NCBI RefSeq assembly: GCF_006345805.1
Contig: NC_043009.1
Coordinates: 7,440,001 to 7,504,000 of the forward strand
Length of the DNA stretch: 64,000 nucleotides
From: Octopus sinensis
Lineage: Eukaryota
Reading direction: 5' to 3'
Position 1 is the stretch's first letter. The number at the start of each line of letters is the position of its first letter. The position numbers and the translations under genes were made by a program. The notes beneath the pieces were generated by a model that did no database searches, was not told the DNA's origin, and saw nothing but the letters and a program-made list of their open reading frames with translations. Below are positions 52,991 through 64,000 of the stretch, piece by piece.

Positions 52991-53366
52991 TAAGGATAAC
53001 AACAACAACGCAGTAATCATGTTTTTTTTTCTTTAAATTTATAATGAATTTTACTTTGTAGTCGTGTTGACGTTAACATCTTATACCTATGTCTTACATA
53101 CGCGTACGCGAACCCAGATACACAAAGACACATACATTCAGACACACATACATACAATCTTACATAGTTAAATACATACATATGTATGCGCACTTGCATT
53201 TATACCACATATACTTGCATATATACAAGTATGTACATACATATCTGTGTAGATGCCAGTGCATGTATATACATATATGTATATATGTTTAAATATATAT
53301 GTATATGTGTGTGTGTACATAATATATACTATATATATACATATATATACATATATAATATACATG

Positions 53367-53408
<42 letters not shown>

Positions 53409-53754
53409 ATATATATATATGCACAAATAGATATGTACGTACATTCATGACATAATTACTTGAAACAAACAAAGTTAGATGTATAGAACAGCAGAAGATG
53501 CAGAGGGAAAACCGCAACAAGGAAATCGAGTGAGTGGCTCTGAATGGCATCGAAGATTTTAACGGAAGAAATCCGTAAATTGATCCACTTCTTCACGCAC
53601 GCAAATATGCATATACATAGACATACAGATACATACAGACACACACACACATCATATATATATATATATATGTTATATATATATATGTAACATCCAAGGA
53701 TCCATGTATAGGAAGTCTGTAAGCTTGAAGTAGCCCATAGAAGGTATAAAAAAA

Positions 53755-53976
53755 GCTGGCAGAAACGTTAGCACGCCGGGTGAAATACGTAGCCGCATTT
53801 CGTTTGCCATTACGTTCTGAGTTCAAATGCCGCCGAGGTCGACTTTGCCTTTCATCCTTTCGGGATCGATAAATTAAGTACTAGTTACGCACTGGGGTCG
53901 ATATAATCGACTTAAGCCGTTTCTCTGTCCTTGTTTGTCCTCTCTGTGGTTAGCCCCTTGTGGGTAGTAAAGAAAT
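53755..53976 (+). mobile_element. SINE family B with 11-bp TSD
   Basis: AGGTATAAAAA at 53742-53752 and 53977-53987. Confidence 0.9.
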
Positions 53977-54014
53977 AGGTATAAAAAGTTTCAGGAACTC
54001 AACAAATGTATTGG

Positions 54015-54150
54015 CATTATTTACATTTGACGGATATTTGTCCTCACCTTGTTTGTTATGTTAACAACAAACACGAAGAGGACAAATATCCGTCAAATGT
54101 AAATAATGTAAACAATATAAATAATACCTCATCTCTTAAATATAGAACTG
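54015..54150. mobile_element. Inverted pair of Penelope-like terminal fragments forming a hairpin
   Basis: 31-bp perfect inverted repeat 54015-54045 / 54078-54108 centred on GTTAAC. Confidence 0.65.
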
Positions 54151-54457
54151 TACTTTATTGGCGTAACACGTTGTAAATTTTTCCCATATCGAAGTTCGAT
54201 AAGCGGAGAGAAGTTACTTTATGGTCCACGGTTAGCAATGGAGATGCTATGTATGCAAATAAAAATAACAAATTGCGGGAATGGAGCAGGTAAAATCTTG
54301 GTTACATTTGTTTTATAGCCAGCAGAACCTCGGAAGTATATTAATTACTCAACGAGGGCTACTCCACTCGCTATTCGTCAGCAATTGTTACTTCTGAGGT
54401 TCTGCTAGCTAGGAAACATATGTAGACTGGATTCCACAAACTTCGTTCTCTCAATTT

Positions 54458-54512
<55 letters not shown>

Positions 54513-54592
54513 CTATATATATGATATATATATATCATATATATCATATATCTATATATACGATATATATAATATATATATATGATATATAT

Positions 54593-54984
54593 TGGCTGTG
54601 TGGTAAGTAGCTTCCTTACCAACAACATGCTTCCGGGTGCAGTCCCACTGCGTGGCACTTTGGGCAAGTGCCTTCTAATATAGCCTCGGCCGACCAAAGC
54701 CTTGTGAGTTGAGGAAACTGAAATTAGCTCGTCGTATATATGTATATGTATATATATATGTGTGTGTGTGTGTGTTTGTGTCTGCGTTTGTCCCCCCATC
54801 ATCGCTTGACAACCAATGGTGGTGTGTTTACGTCCCCGTAACTTAGCGGTTCGGCTAAAGAGACGATAGAATAAGTACTAGGCTTACAAAGAATAAGTCC
54901 TAGGGTCGATTTGCTCGACTAAAGGTGGTGCTCCAGCATGGCCGCAGTCAAAATGACTGAAACAGATAAAAGAGATAAAAGAGA
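54593..54984 (+). mobile_element. SINE family A, slightly 5'-truncated
   Basis: Consensus match. Confidence 0.9.
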
Positions 54985-55641
54985 ACAGATATATATTACA
55001 TATATATAAAAGTGATGACCACTAAGTGGGCATCCAATGTAATCGGGCAAGATAAATGAAAATATACAACATATACAGATTAACCACAAACCAGTTTCGT
55101 TACTACTACTTACATAATCACTTACGTAGATGTCCGCAACTCGTCAGTGTGATCGTCATAGTAAAATATAATATGCAGAACTATACACAGAACGTCTGCA
55201 TGAGATTGAACATGTATATAGTTCTACCATTTATATTTGGGGTTAAATTTCAAAAGTCTTCGTTTTGGCGCGTCAAAATACCAGAAATAATTCTGCAGAA
55301 AATAATTCTCTGCAGTGAATTTTGCCGGTTAGAGAACATGGTTATTTGAATTTAAATTAAAAATAATAAGAGTGAAAAATTGAATATTAATTCGATTAAT
55401 ATCAATTTAAAACCAGTGAACATCTCGGGTATTGTTCTCCAAGTTGTATTTTGCTATGGCGATCACACTGACGAGTTCTTTCCAAATTTCAGGCGGAGTG
55501 AATTGTATCATGGTGCTGATTTTCTCACAGACGTTGTGCGACCAACCCCAAAACACTGTGTAGTGTCGAAAATCAAAAAACAATAATGCGCACGCGTAAA
55601 ATAAAAAATATAAAATAGCGACAAATTACCCATCGTGTGTT

Positions 55642-55707
<66 letters not shown>

Positions 55708-55959
55708 TATAAATATATTTATGTATATGCATATCAAGACACACAACACACACACACACACTCACGCATGCACACATACAGTATCCACGCAGATTATTGT
55801 TGTGAGCGCTTGTGTATGTGAGTGTATGTAAATATATACATACACGTATATATATGTATATATATAATATATATCAAATGCATGTATATATCATTGAATC
55901 GAGATAACAAAAGGGAAATTTATAATGAAGTCAATGAAGTCACATTTTATATTTCTTGA

Positions 55960-56113
55960 TAGATAGATTAGATAGATAGAGAGATAGATAGATAGATAGA
56001 TAGGTAAATAGATAGATACATAGATAGATAGATAGGTAAATAGATAGATAGACAAACAGACAGACAGACAGACAGATAGATACATAGACAGACAGACAGA
56101 CAGATAGACAAAC

Positions 56114-56187
<74 letters not shown>

Positions 56188-56190
56188 GCA
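55960..56190. repeat. (GATA/GACA)n
   Basis: Direct observation. Confidence 0.95.
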
Positions 56191-57399
56191 GACAGCTTGC
56201 TATGTAGATAGGTAAAAGTAGATGGATAGATAGGGAAATACCGACAAATATAGAAAGAAAGATAAATACAAGATAAATTCTAAGAAAAGAAATGAGCGAA
56301 AAAAAAATACAGAATAAGAAAGAAGCGTAGTGAGAGAAAAAAGAAATAACAGCAAAATGTTCACAGCTGATTAATACTGTTGAAGAAAGCAAACATACGT
56401 ACATCGGATACGTCATCAATGAATCATTTTATAACAAACAGTGGATCGAAATTTAAAAAATCTCTCACTCTCTCTCTTTCTAGCAATAACCACATCTATG
56501 ATATCTAGTTCCAACACACACACACACACACACACGCACACACACATGTACAGACAGAGAGATACATGTACTTAAAACATACAAACACTCAATCGCTCGC
56601 ACACACATACACACACAGTAACTGGCGCAGATTATCATGTTGTTATGTCAATGAACTCGGAAAAGAACGTAGAAAGGGGACATAATTAATGATATCAGCT
56701 CGCTTGGTTTGACGGCAAGGCTGAAGGAAGGTGTGTGCGGTGAAGACGTACATGAGGGAATTTTAGTAGCTGTTCTGTGAGTGGTGATGATTCCGAAGAT
56801 GGCTCCGTTGGTGCTGTTGGTGTTGCTGTTTGGTGTTGGTGGTGGTGGTGGTGGTAACGTCGGTGAGTGATTGATTGATTGTGATGGTGGCTATCTTGAC
56901 ATTAGTGGTGATATTGGTAATAATGGGTGCAAGCTAGTTGTGGTAGTGGATGGAGGTAGTGATGACAGAAGTGGTGGTGGTGGTGGTGGTGGTGATAATG
57001 GGGGTGGCGGTGATGGTGGTGGTGGTGGTGATGATAATGGTGGGGGTGCGGTGGTGGTGCGGTGGTGGTGCGGTAGTGATACGATAGTGATGATGGTTTG
57101 AGCGAGAGTGATGACAATTGGCTGCTACAGAGCGAGAGAGAGACCACAGCGACGACGGCGGAGACGAGGAGGAGGTGGGAGGAAGAGGAGGAGGAAAAGA
57201 GGAGGGCGGCAACGATGACTACGATGGTGACGGGGGTGATTATATTGTGGATATAAAAAAACGATGATGATGATGATGATTTCAGTGGTGGTGATCGTAG
57301 CGGCTGTTGTGGAAGAGGTTGGTGTAGAGGCTGTGATGGCAATGCATATAATGATGAAGATAATGATGATAATAATAATAATGATAATTTTGGTACAAG

Positions 57400-57560
57400 G
57401 CCAGCAATCTCAGGAGTTGGGGTAAGTAAATTACATCGACCCGAATGGATGAAAGCAAAGTCAAACCCGCGGCGGAGGTTGAACTCAGAACGTAAAGGCG
57501 AACGAAATACGGCTAAGCATTTTGCCGGGCGTGCTACTGTCTCTGCCAGCTCGCCGCCTT
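57400..57560 (-). mobile_element. SINE family B with internal deletion
   Basis: Consensus match. Confidence 0.8.
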
Positions 57561-57567
57561 AGTAGTA

Positions 57568-57609
<42 letters not shown>

Positions 57610-57629
57610 TAATAATAATAATAATAATA

Positions 57630-58233
57630 AATGCCCTGATGCAGTACCAGACAGTAGCTCTCGTAGCTTCTGATCTTAACTGATTGGAAGTGTTATCATG
57701 TACATTGTTTTGTCTTGGTATAAAAGATGGGCTACAGCAAATATTCTGCTCAATACCACAGATTAGGTTGTCAGTTGTTTGACCTTAACTAGTTGATCAT
57801 GTCCCTTAGTGGCTGACGATATGTGCATCTCTGATCACGATCAGAAGTAGTGGGGTAACATCATAGCCATGTGTTGAAAGGAATTCTTATAGGTTTGGAT
57901 AATTCACCTTTGAAAACATGGGTGTTTCGTTCAATATCCTTAAACAAAACCTTGTTCAGGGAACTTTTGAGCGGGATGGGCAACTCGACCAGAAGAAAAT
58001 TCTAAGTGGGCCCCACCTGGAAGGTCATGTGCTGTTTGTCTTGACGTGAGATCACAATGTCGCGCACATATGGTTGTGATGCACGTGCTTGTTGTACCCT
58101 TATCAGATAGGTAGTCATGATGGGTATACTGGGCTTCGTATATTTTACCCCGGTGTCACTTTGATGGCATGCTCTGCTCGCTCACTCAATAATAATAATA
58201 ATAATAGTAATAATGATAATAATAATAATAACA

Positions 58234-58264
<31 letters not shown>

Positions 58265-58400
58265 TAATAAAGTCGCGCACATATGGTTGTGATGCATGTG
58301 CCTGGTGTACCTTTATCAGACGGGTAGTCATGATGGGTATATTGGGCTTCGTATATTTTACCCCAGTGTCACTTTGATGGCATGAACTGCTCTCTCACTC
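57630..58400 (+). mobile_element. Unclassified (AAT)n-tailed retroposon (57630-58187) plus a 5'-truncated second copy (58272-58400)
   Basis: ~129-bp end segment present twice at roughly 88% identity, each followed by (AAT)n. Confidence 0.6.
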
Positions 58401-58439
<39 letters not shown>

Positions 58440-59059
58440 GATGTGGACGAGGAGGAGGAAGACGACGATATCAATGATGCTGATAGCTGTGTCGATGGTT
58501 GTTGTTGTTGGTTTTGGTGTTGGTGATGATGATAATGCTGATAAAGACGACGACAGAATCGATGGTACAGATGGAGGCGATTGTGGAGATGATGATGATG
58601 ATGATGATCATCATCATCATCATCATCATAAGTAACAAAATTAAGAACAACAACAACAATCAAACTTACAAAAGCAAAATGAACCAGCAAGTAAATCTAC
58701 TTAGACTTGACAAACTGGGTCTTCTGGCATCGGGCCCCATTACTATTGTCGTGATGCAGAATTTTGATGGGTATTTTAACCGTGCGCAGCTCAATATTCT
58801 CAAAGTCTGTATCTATACGACTTCTTCCAGAAAAAAAAAATGAAAGAGAAAGAAAGAAAGACAGAGACCAAGATAAGAAAAGCTGATTGTTCTGGTACTT
58901 TATTTATCGACGTCGAAAGAATAAATCGCATTGCTGACCTCGGAGACATGAATCCACTTCGCAGAGATCTGAATCAACCATTCAATGTTAAGAGCTTCAG
59001 TTTTCCCGAGAGAGGAAATTTTTCATAAGTGCCACATCACACTATTTTACCTGAACTGG

Positions 59060-59281
59060 AAGGCGGCGGGCTGGCAGAATAGTTAGCACGCCGGGCGAAA
59101 TACTTAGCAGTATTTTGTCGTCCGCTTCGTTCTGAGTTCAAATTCTACCGAGGTCGACTTTGCGTTTCATCCTTTCGGGGTCGATAAATTAAGCATCAGT
59201 GAAACATTGGGATCGATGTAATCGAAGCCCCTTCCACTAAATTTCAGGCTCTGTGACTTTAGTAGAAAGGAAAGGATCTTT
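59060..59281 (+). mobile_element. SINE family B
   Basis: Consensus match; CCTGAACTG on both flanks. Confidence 0.85.
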
Positions 59282-59397
59282 CCTGAACTGCACGCTATCA
59301 TTTTGTTTTTAATTTGGTTTAAATGCTGTTATAATATTCTAATTTTTGAAATATGAATTCCGTTGAACTGAATGGCTCATTATATTACATTCAAATA

Positions 59398-59590
59398 TTG
59401 GTACAAGACCGTCAATATCGGGGAAGTGGGTAAGTCGATTATATCGACTCCACTACTCAAATGGTACTTCCTTTATCGACCCCTAAAGGATGAAAAATAA
59501 AGTTAACCTCAGAGGAATTTGAATTCAGAGTGCAAGGCCTGTCGAAATGCCACTAAGCATTTTGCCCGGCATGCTAACGATTCTGCTAAC
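59398..59590 (-). mobile_element. SINE family B, diverged
   Basis: Consensus match. Confidence 0.75.
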
Positions 59591-59664
59591 GATGCCTCAA
59601 ATGGCACATTATATTAGCAGCGAAATAAGAAGCGATAACCCGACTGAGAATTGTATGTATGTGT

Positions 59665-60315
59665 AAGGCGGCGAGCTGGCAGAAACCTTAGCACGCCGGG
59701 CAAAATGCTTAGCGGTATTTCGTCTACCGTTACGTTCCGAGTTCAATTTCCGCCGAGGTCGACTTTACCTTTCATCCTTTAGAGGTCGATAAATTAAGTA
59801 CCAGTTACGCACTGGGATCGATGTAATCGACTTAATCCCTTTGTCAGTCCTTGTTTGTTCCTTCTATGTTTGGCCCCTTGTGGGCAATAAAGAAATAAGA
59901 AACGTTAGCACGCCGGGCAAAATGCTTTGCGGTATTTCGTCTACTGTTACGTTCTGAGTTCAGATTCCGCTGAGGTCGACTTTGCCTTTCATCCTTTAGA
60001 GGTCGATAAATTAAGTACCATATTAAGCCCTGGGATCGATGTAATCGACTTAATCCCTTTGCCTGTCTTTGGTTGTCCCCTCTATGCTTAGCCCCTTGAG
60101 GGCAATAAGGAAATAAGGAACGTTAGCACGCCGGGCGAAATGCTAAGCAGTATTTCATCTGCCGTTACATTCTGAGTTCAAATTCCGCCACAGTCGACTT
60201 TGCGTTTCATCCTTTCGGGGTCGATAAATTAAGTACCAGTTGCGTACTGAGGTCGATCTAATCGATTGAGCCTCTCCCCACAAAATTTCAGGCCTTGTGA
60301 CCAGAGTAGAAAAGA

Positions 60316-60317
<2 letters not shown>
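59665..60317 (+). mobile_element. SINE family B trimer with ~217-bp units
   Basis: Units rejoin at G(A/G)AAC(G/C)TTAGCAC at 59682, 59899 and 60117; the last unit has the alternative tail. Confidence 0.9.
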
Positions 60318-60347
<30 letters not shown>

Positions 60348-60596
60348 ATATGTATGTATGTAGATTAAAATAAAAAAATGAACAGGAAACATTTTTTCAT
60401 CACAAAAACTCTTTTAAAATTAGACAAATGTTTATTCTATCGACCTCTTTCGTCGAACCGCTAGGTTGAAAATTATAATCAAACCAAGAACAACAGTAGC
60501 ACCGGCAACATCAACGACAACAGCATTAAAACATGAACAGCAGCAACAAAATCAGCAGCAGCAACAAACCCTTCAACAACAAACAACAACAGCTCA

Positions 60597-60794
60597 GTGG
60601 AGGCGCAATGACACAGTGATTAGGGCAGCGAACTCGCGGTCGTAAGACCGCGGTTTCGATTCCCTGACCGGGCATTGGGAGTGTTTATTGAGTAAAAAAC
60701 ACCTAAGCTCCACGAGGCTCCGGCGGGGAGGGGTGGTGAACCCCGCTTTACTCTTTCACCACAACTTTCTCTCACTCTTTCTTCCTATTTCTGT
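60597..60794 (+). mobile_element. SINE family C head, truncated
   Basis: Consensus match. Confidence 0.8.
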
Positions 60795-62104
60795 CACAAA
60801 GCAGAAGAACCATGGTGTAACCCACTATGGTGTAGTAAAACTTTCAGACCCTAGTCTAGATTGCGAATCCTCTGTAACCCAGGATGGTTCTCCACCCGTT
60901 AAAAGCCACCGTTTACGGAATGAGGATAACAACGTAGTTTTCGCGCCCGTGCAACCGCCAGTCTATCGCGTGTGGTGGGTGGATCTTCAAGTTGCCACAC
61001 GCATTCTTAGTAGTTTAGAGTAGGCTCGAATTAAAGATTATTCTTTGTGGCCAATGGCGTAAGTCCAGATTGGAAGAAGGCAACAGCTCAAGTAAGAAAA
61101 ACAACAAAAAATGAAATAAAAAATTTAGAAAAACGACAACAGCAACAGCGCCAACACCAGCAACATGTTACGGTCCTCCGTCGATTTCGACGAAGGTCGT
61201 CCTGTTGTTCGTGATGTAACTAGAATTCTAATTATAATTTGGGCCTTGAGCATTAGACTAAGAAAATATAGACTCAGTAGATTTCAGCGACTTGTTTTAC
61301 TTGGATAAGAGTAATTACAGACAGTAAAAGTAAAACTGTCTGTTTGACAAAGATCCGAGCGAGAGCGCACACATGGAAGAGAAACTGACTTTCAGGAATG
61401 CCGTAGACTGATCACCAAGTTCATTTGATCACAAGAAAACACTATTAGTCCCTCACTGTTCGATCACCTAAAGTATATGGTTTATGAATTAGCGTAGAGG
61501 TATCTGATTATTTCACGGATGCGCATAATTATAACGCAATCTTTTAGTTGAAACAGTTTGGCAGAATGTGTGGTTAAACTAGAGCTCTGAGAGACGTGCA
61601 CGATCCATTTGACAGCAGTGACATTGCTTGAATGTGTGCCGCCCGGGCAAACCTTTGAGCTTGTCGCCCCTTCGTGAGTTTTTTTTTACAGTCTCAGGCT
61701 TAGGCAATAAACCCAAAGTGCCACTCCTGTAAAAGAGTCGCCGAGGCGAACTGTCCCTTCGTTCCTTCCTCAGCTGTGTCTGATAGGCTTTCGTTGTTTT
61801 CGTTTGTCCAATTTCACTCAGAAAATGTGGTCGCCATGATGAAAAAAGAAAAAAAAAAGGTAACACTTGTCTCAACATGCCTCTTTGTTGGATCGAACCC
61901 GGGACCTCGTGATTGCGAAGTGAATTTATTAACCATTCAGTTATACTGTGTCTGCATACATAAATAAGAACCACGGAGTTGAGTGCCAAAGTCTAAGAAT
62001 GGATCCGAATTCTATCTCGGTTCTTGTACCAGACTTACTTGGAATCAATGTTTTTGGGGTGGAAATCAATTTATTAAATAAATACAATGGAAGACTGAAT
62101 CCGT

Positions 62105-62392
62105 GTGTTTGTATTTAAATGTATGTATGTAAGTGTGTATGTATGTGTTCATGTATGTGTGTATGTGTGCATGTATGTGTTCATGTATGTGTGTATGTGT
62201 TCATGTATGTATGTATGTATGTGTGTATGTATGTATGTATGTATGTATTATGGTGTGTATGTATGTATGTATGTATGTATGTATGTATGTATGTGTGTGT
62301 ATGTATGTATGGTGCATGCAGTGTGTGTGTATGTATGTATGTAGTATGTATGTATGTATGTATGTATGCACGTGTGTGTGTGTATGTATGTA

Positions 62393-62430
<38 letters not shown>
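62105..62430. repeat. (TGTA)n/(TG)n
   Basis: Direct observation. Confidence 0.95.
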
Positions 62431-62433
<3 letters not shown>

Positions 62434-62812
62434 TTTGGTTTTGTGCTCATTTGCCGATATGTATGTATATGCGTATCTTTGTGTTTTGACGCGTATGTGT
62501 ATATGACTGCATGAGTGTGTATGTGTATGTATATGTGTATATGTGTTTGTAGTTCGTTGCGCCTGTGAGTGTTTTGTTGAGTATATGCATGTGTGTGACT
62601 GTCTGTGTGCGTATGTATATGTGTGCACATATTTGCGTTTGCGTACGTGTGTGTGTATGTGTTGGCTGCTGCGTGCGTGTATATAGCCTAGCGCGCGTGA
62701 ATTATGTGTGTGTGTTTGGCTCTGTGTGCATGTGCCCTTAACTGCATGCCTGTCTGTGAATACGTGCGTTTGGTTGCTTGCATGTGTGTGTGGCTGCGTG
62801 TGAGTCTGTATC

Positions 62813-63238
62813 TCTCTTTTACTCTTTTACTCTTTTACTTGTTTCAGTCATTTGACTGCGGCCATGCTGGAGCGCCGCCTTTAATCGAGCAACTCGACCC
62901 CGGGACTTATTCTTTTGTAAGCCCAGTACTTATTCTGTCGGTCTCTTTTGCCGAACCGCTAAGTAACGGGGACATAAACACACCAGCATCGGTTGTCAAG
63001 CAATGCTAGGGGGAGAAACACAGACACATAAACATACACATGCATATATATATATATATATACACATATATACGACGGGCTTCTTTCAGTTTCCGTCCAC
63101 CAAATCCACTCACAAGGCTTTGGTCGGCCCGAGGCTATAGTAGAAGACACTTGCCCAAGGTGCCATGCAGTGGGACTGAACCCGGAACCATGTGGTTGGT
63201 AAACAAGGCTACTTACCACACAGCCACTCCTGCGCCTA
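62813..63238 (-). mobile_element. SINE family A, near-consensus (young) copy
   Basis: Complete head, core and (TAAAAGAG)n tail. Confidence 0.92.
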
Positions 63239-63494
63239 TGTGTATGTGCGTATGTTTAGTGGCGTTTGTATGCATATATGTGGGTTATCGAAAATGTTTG
63301 TGTGCGAGGGTTTTCTGCGTACGCTTCTGGGATTGATTGTGACAGGGTATAGTGCTTCTTGTCTACGTATACGTGTGCGTGTGTGCATGCGTGTACGTTT
63401 AGACATGTGCGCATGTGTGTGTGTGTGTGTGTGTGTGCGCGGCGGTAAGAGGGGCTGAGGAATGTGTATAACAGGGATGTAGAAACAGATTAGA

Positions 63495-63509
63495 ATGATG
63501 ATGATGGTG

Positions 63510-63541
<32 letters not shown>

Positions 63542-63606
63542 GATGATTGTGGTGGTGGTGGTGATGGTGATGATGATGATGATGGTGATGATGATGGTGG
63601 TGATGG

Positions 63607-63658
<52 letters not shown>

Positions 63659-63660
63659 TA
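63495..63660. repeat. (GAT/GGT)n
   Basis: Direct observation. Confidence 0.95.
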
Positions 63661-64000
63661 TCATAATATTAAAAATAATAATAATGAGGGAAATGAAGGA
63701 GGAGGGGGCAGATGAAAGACGGCAAAAGATAGTGTGCGCTTGGTGGGGGTATATATGTGTGTGTATAGGTGTGCGTATGTGTGCGTAGATTCAGGAAAAA
63801 AACAGAGTGAAAAGAGAGGGAAAGAGACTGAGAAAGAGAATAGGGGGTAGGGAGAAAGGGAGGCGTTTAAAATGCAAAGTGGCTAAAGTGTGTTTGAGTG
63901 GGTATACTTGTGTGTGTGTATGTGAGTGCGGGCCTATGCATCTCTGTGTGCACGCGCGTGTGTGTATCTGTGTGTGTGCTCCCGTGTGCCTTTTTCTATG

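Noticed and set aside
54340-54390. Minus-strand CTGACGA plus hairpin
   Set aside because: Followed by GAGT rather than GAAA; no stem I or III pairing.
58690-58830. Minus-strand open frame DTDFENIELRTVKIPIKILHHD...
   Set aside because: Only about 45 codons, no recognised homology, ambiguous splice sites.
61579-61989. 136-aa minus-strand ORF
   Set aside because: N-terminal part is a degraded tRNA-SINE head and a T-run; remainder unrecognised.

Overview
AT-rich animal DNA, almost certainly intronic or intergenic sequence from an octopus or close relative; I recognise this from the SINE families and microsatellite load, not from a database search. No protein-coding gene can be confidently called. 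Nearly all ORFs in the supplied track are microsatellite or SINE read-through. The window holds at least four tRNA-headed SINE families (informal labels A-D), Tc1/mariner, piggyBac and other MITE remnants, two LINE fragments, Penelope-like termini, a tRNA-Thr(AGT) pseudogene and dense simple repeats. The most notable feature is a 3.6-copy tandem array of a ~490-bp unit (32466-34228) inserted in a (TA)n tract. Every unit carries a type I hammerhead ribozyme fold, giving a non-LTR-retrozyme-like architecture. Also present: a separate long-stem-II hammerhead at 44190-44262, a LINE with a twin-priming-type 5' inversion and 12-bp TSD, a three-segment templated insertion inside a SINE, and a SINE family whose insertions begin at its own 3' GGTATT motif. 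All RNA folds and alignments were done by eye. Some single-base indels may be long-read errors.
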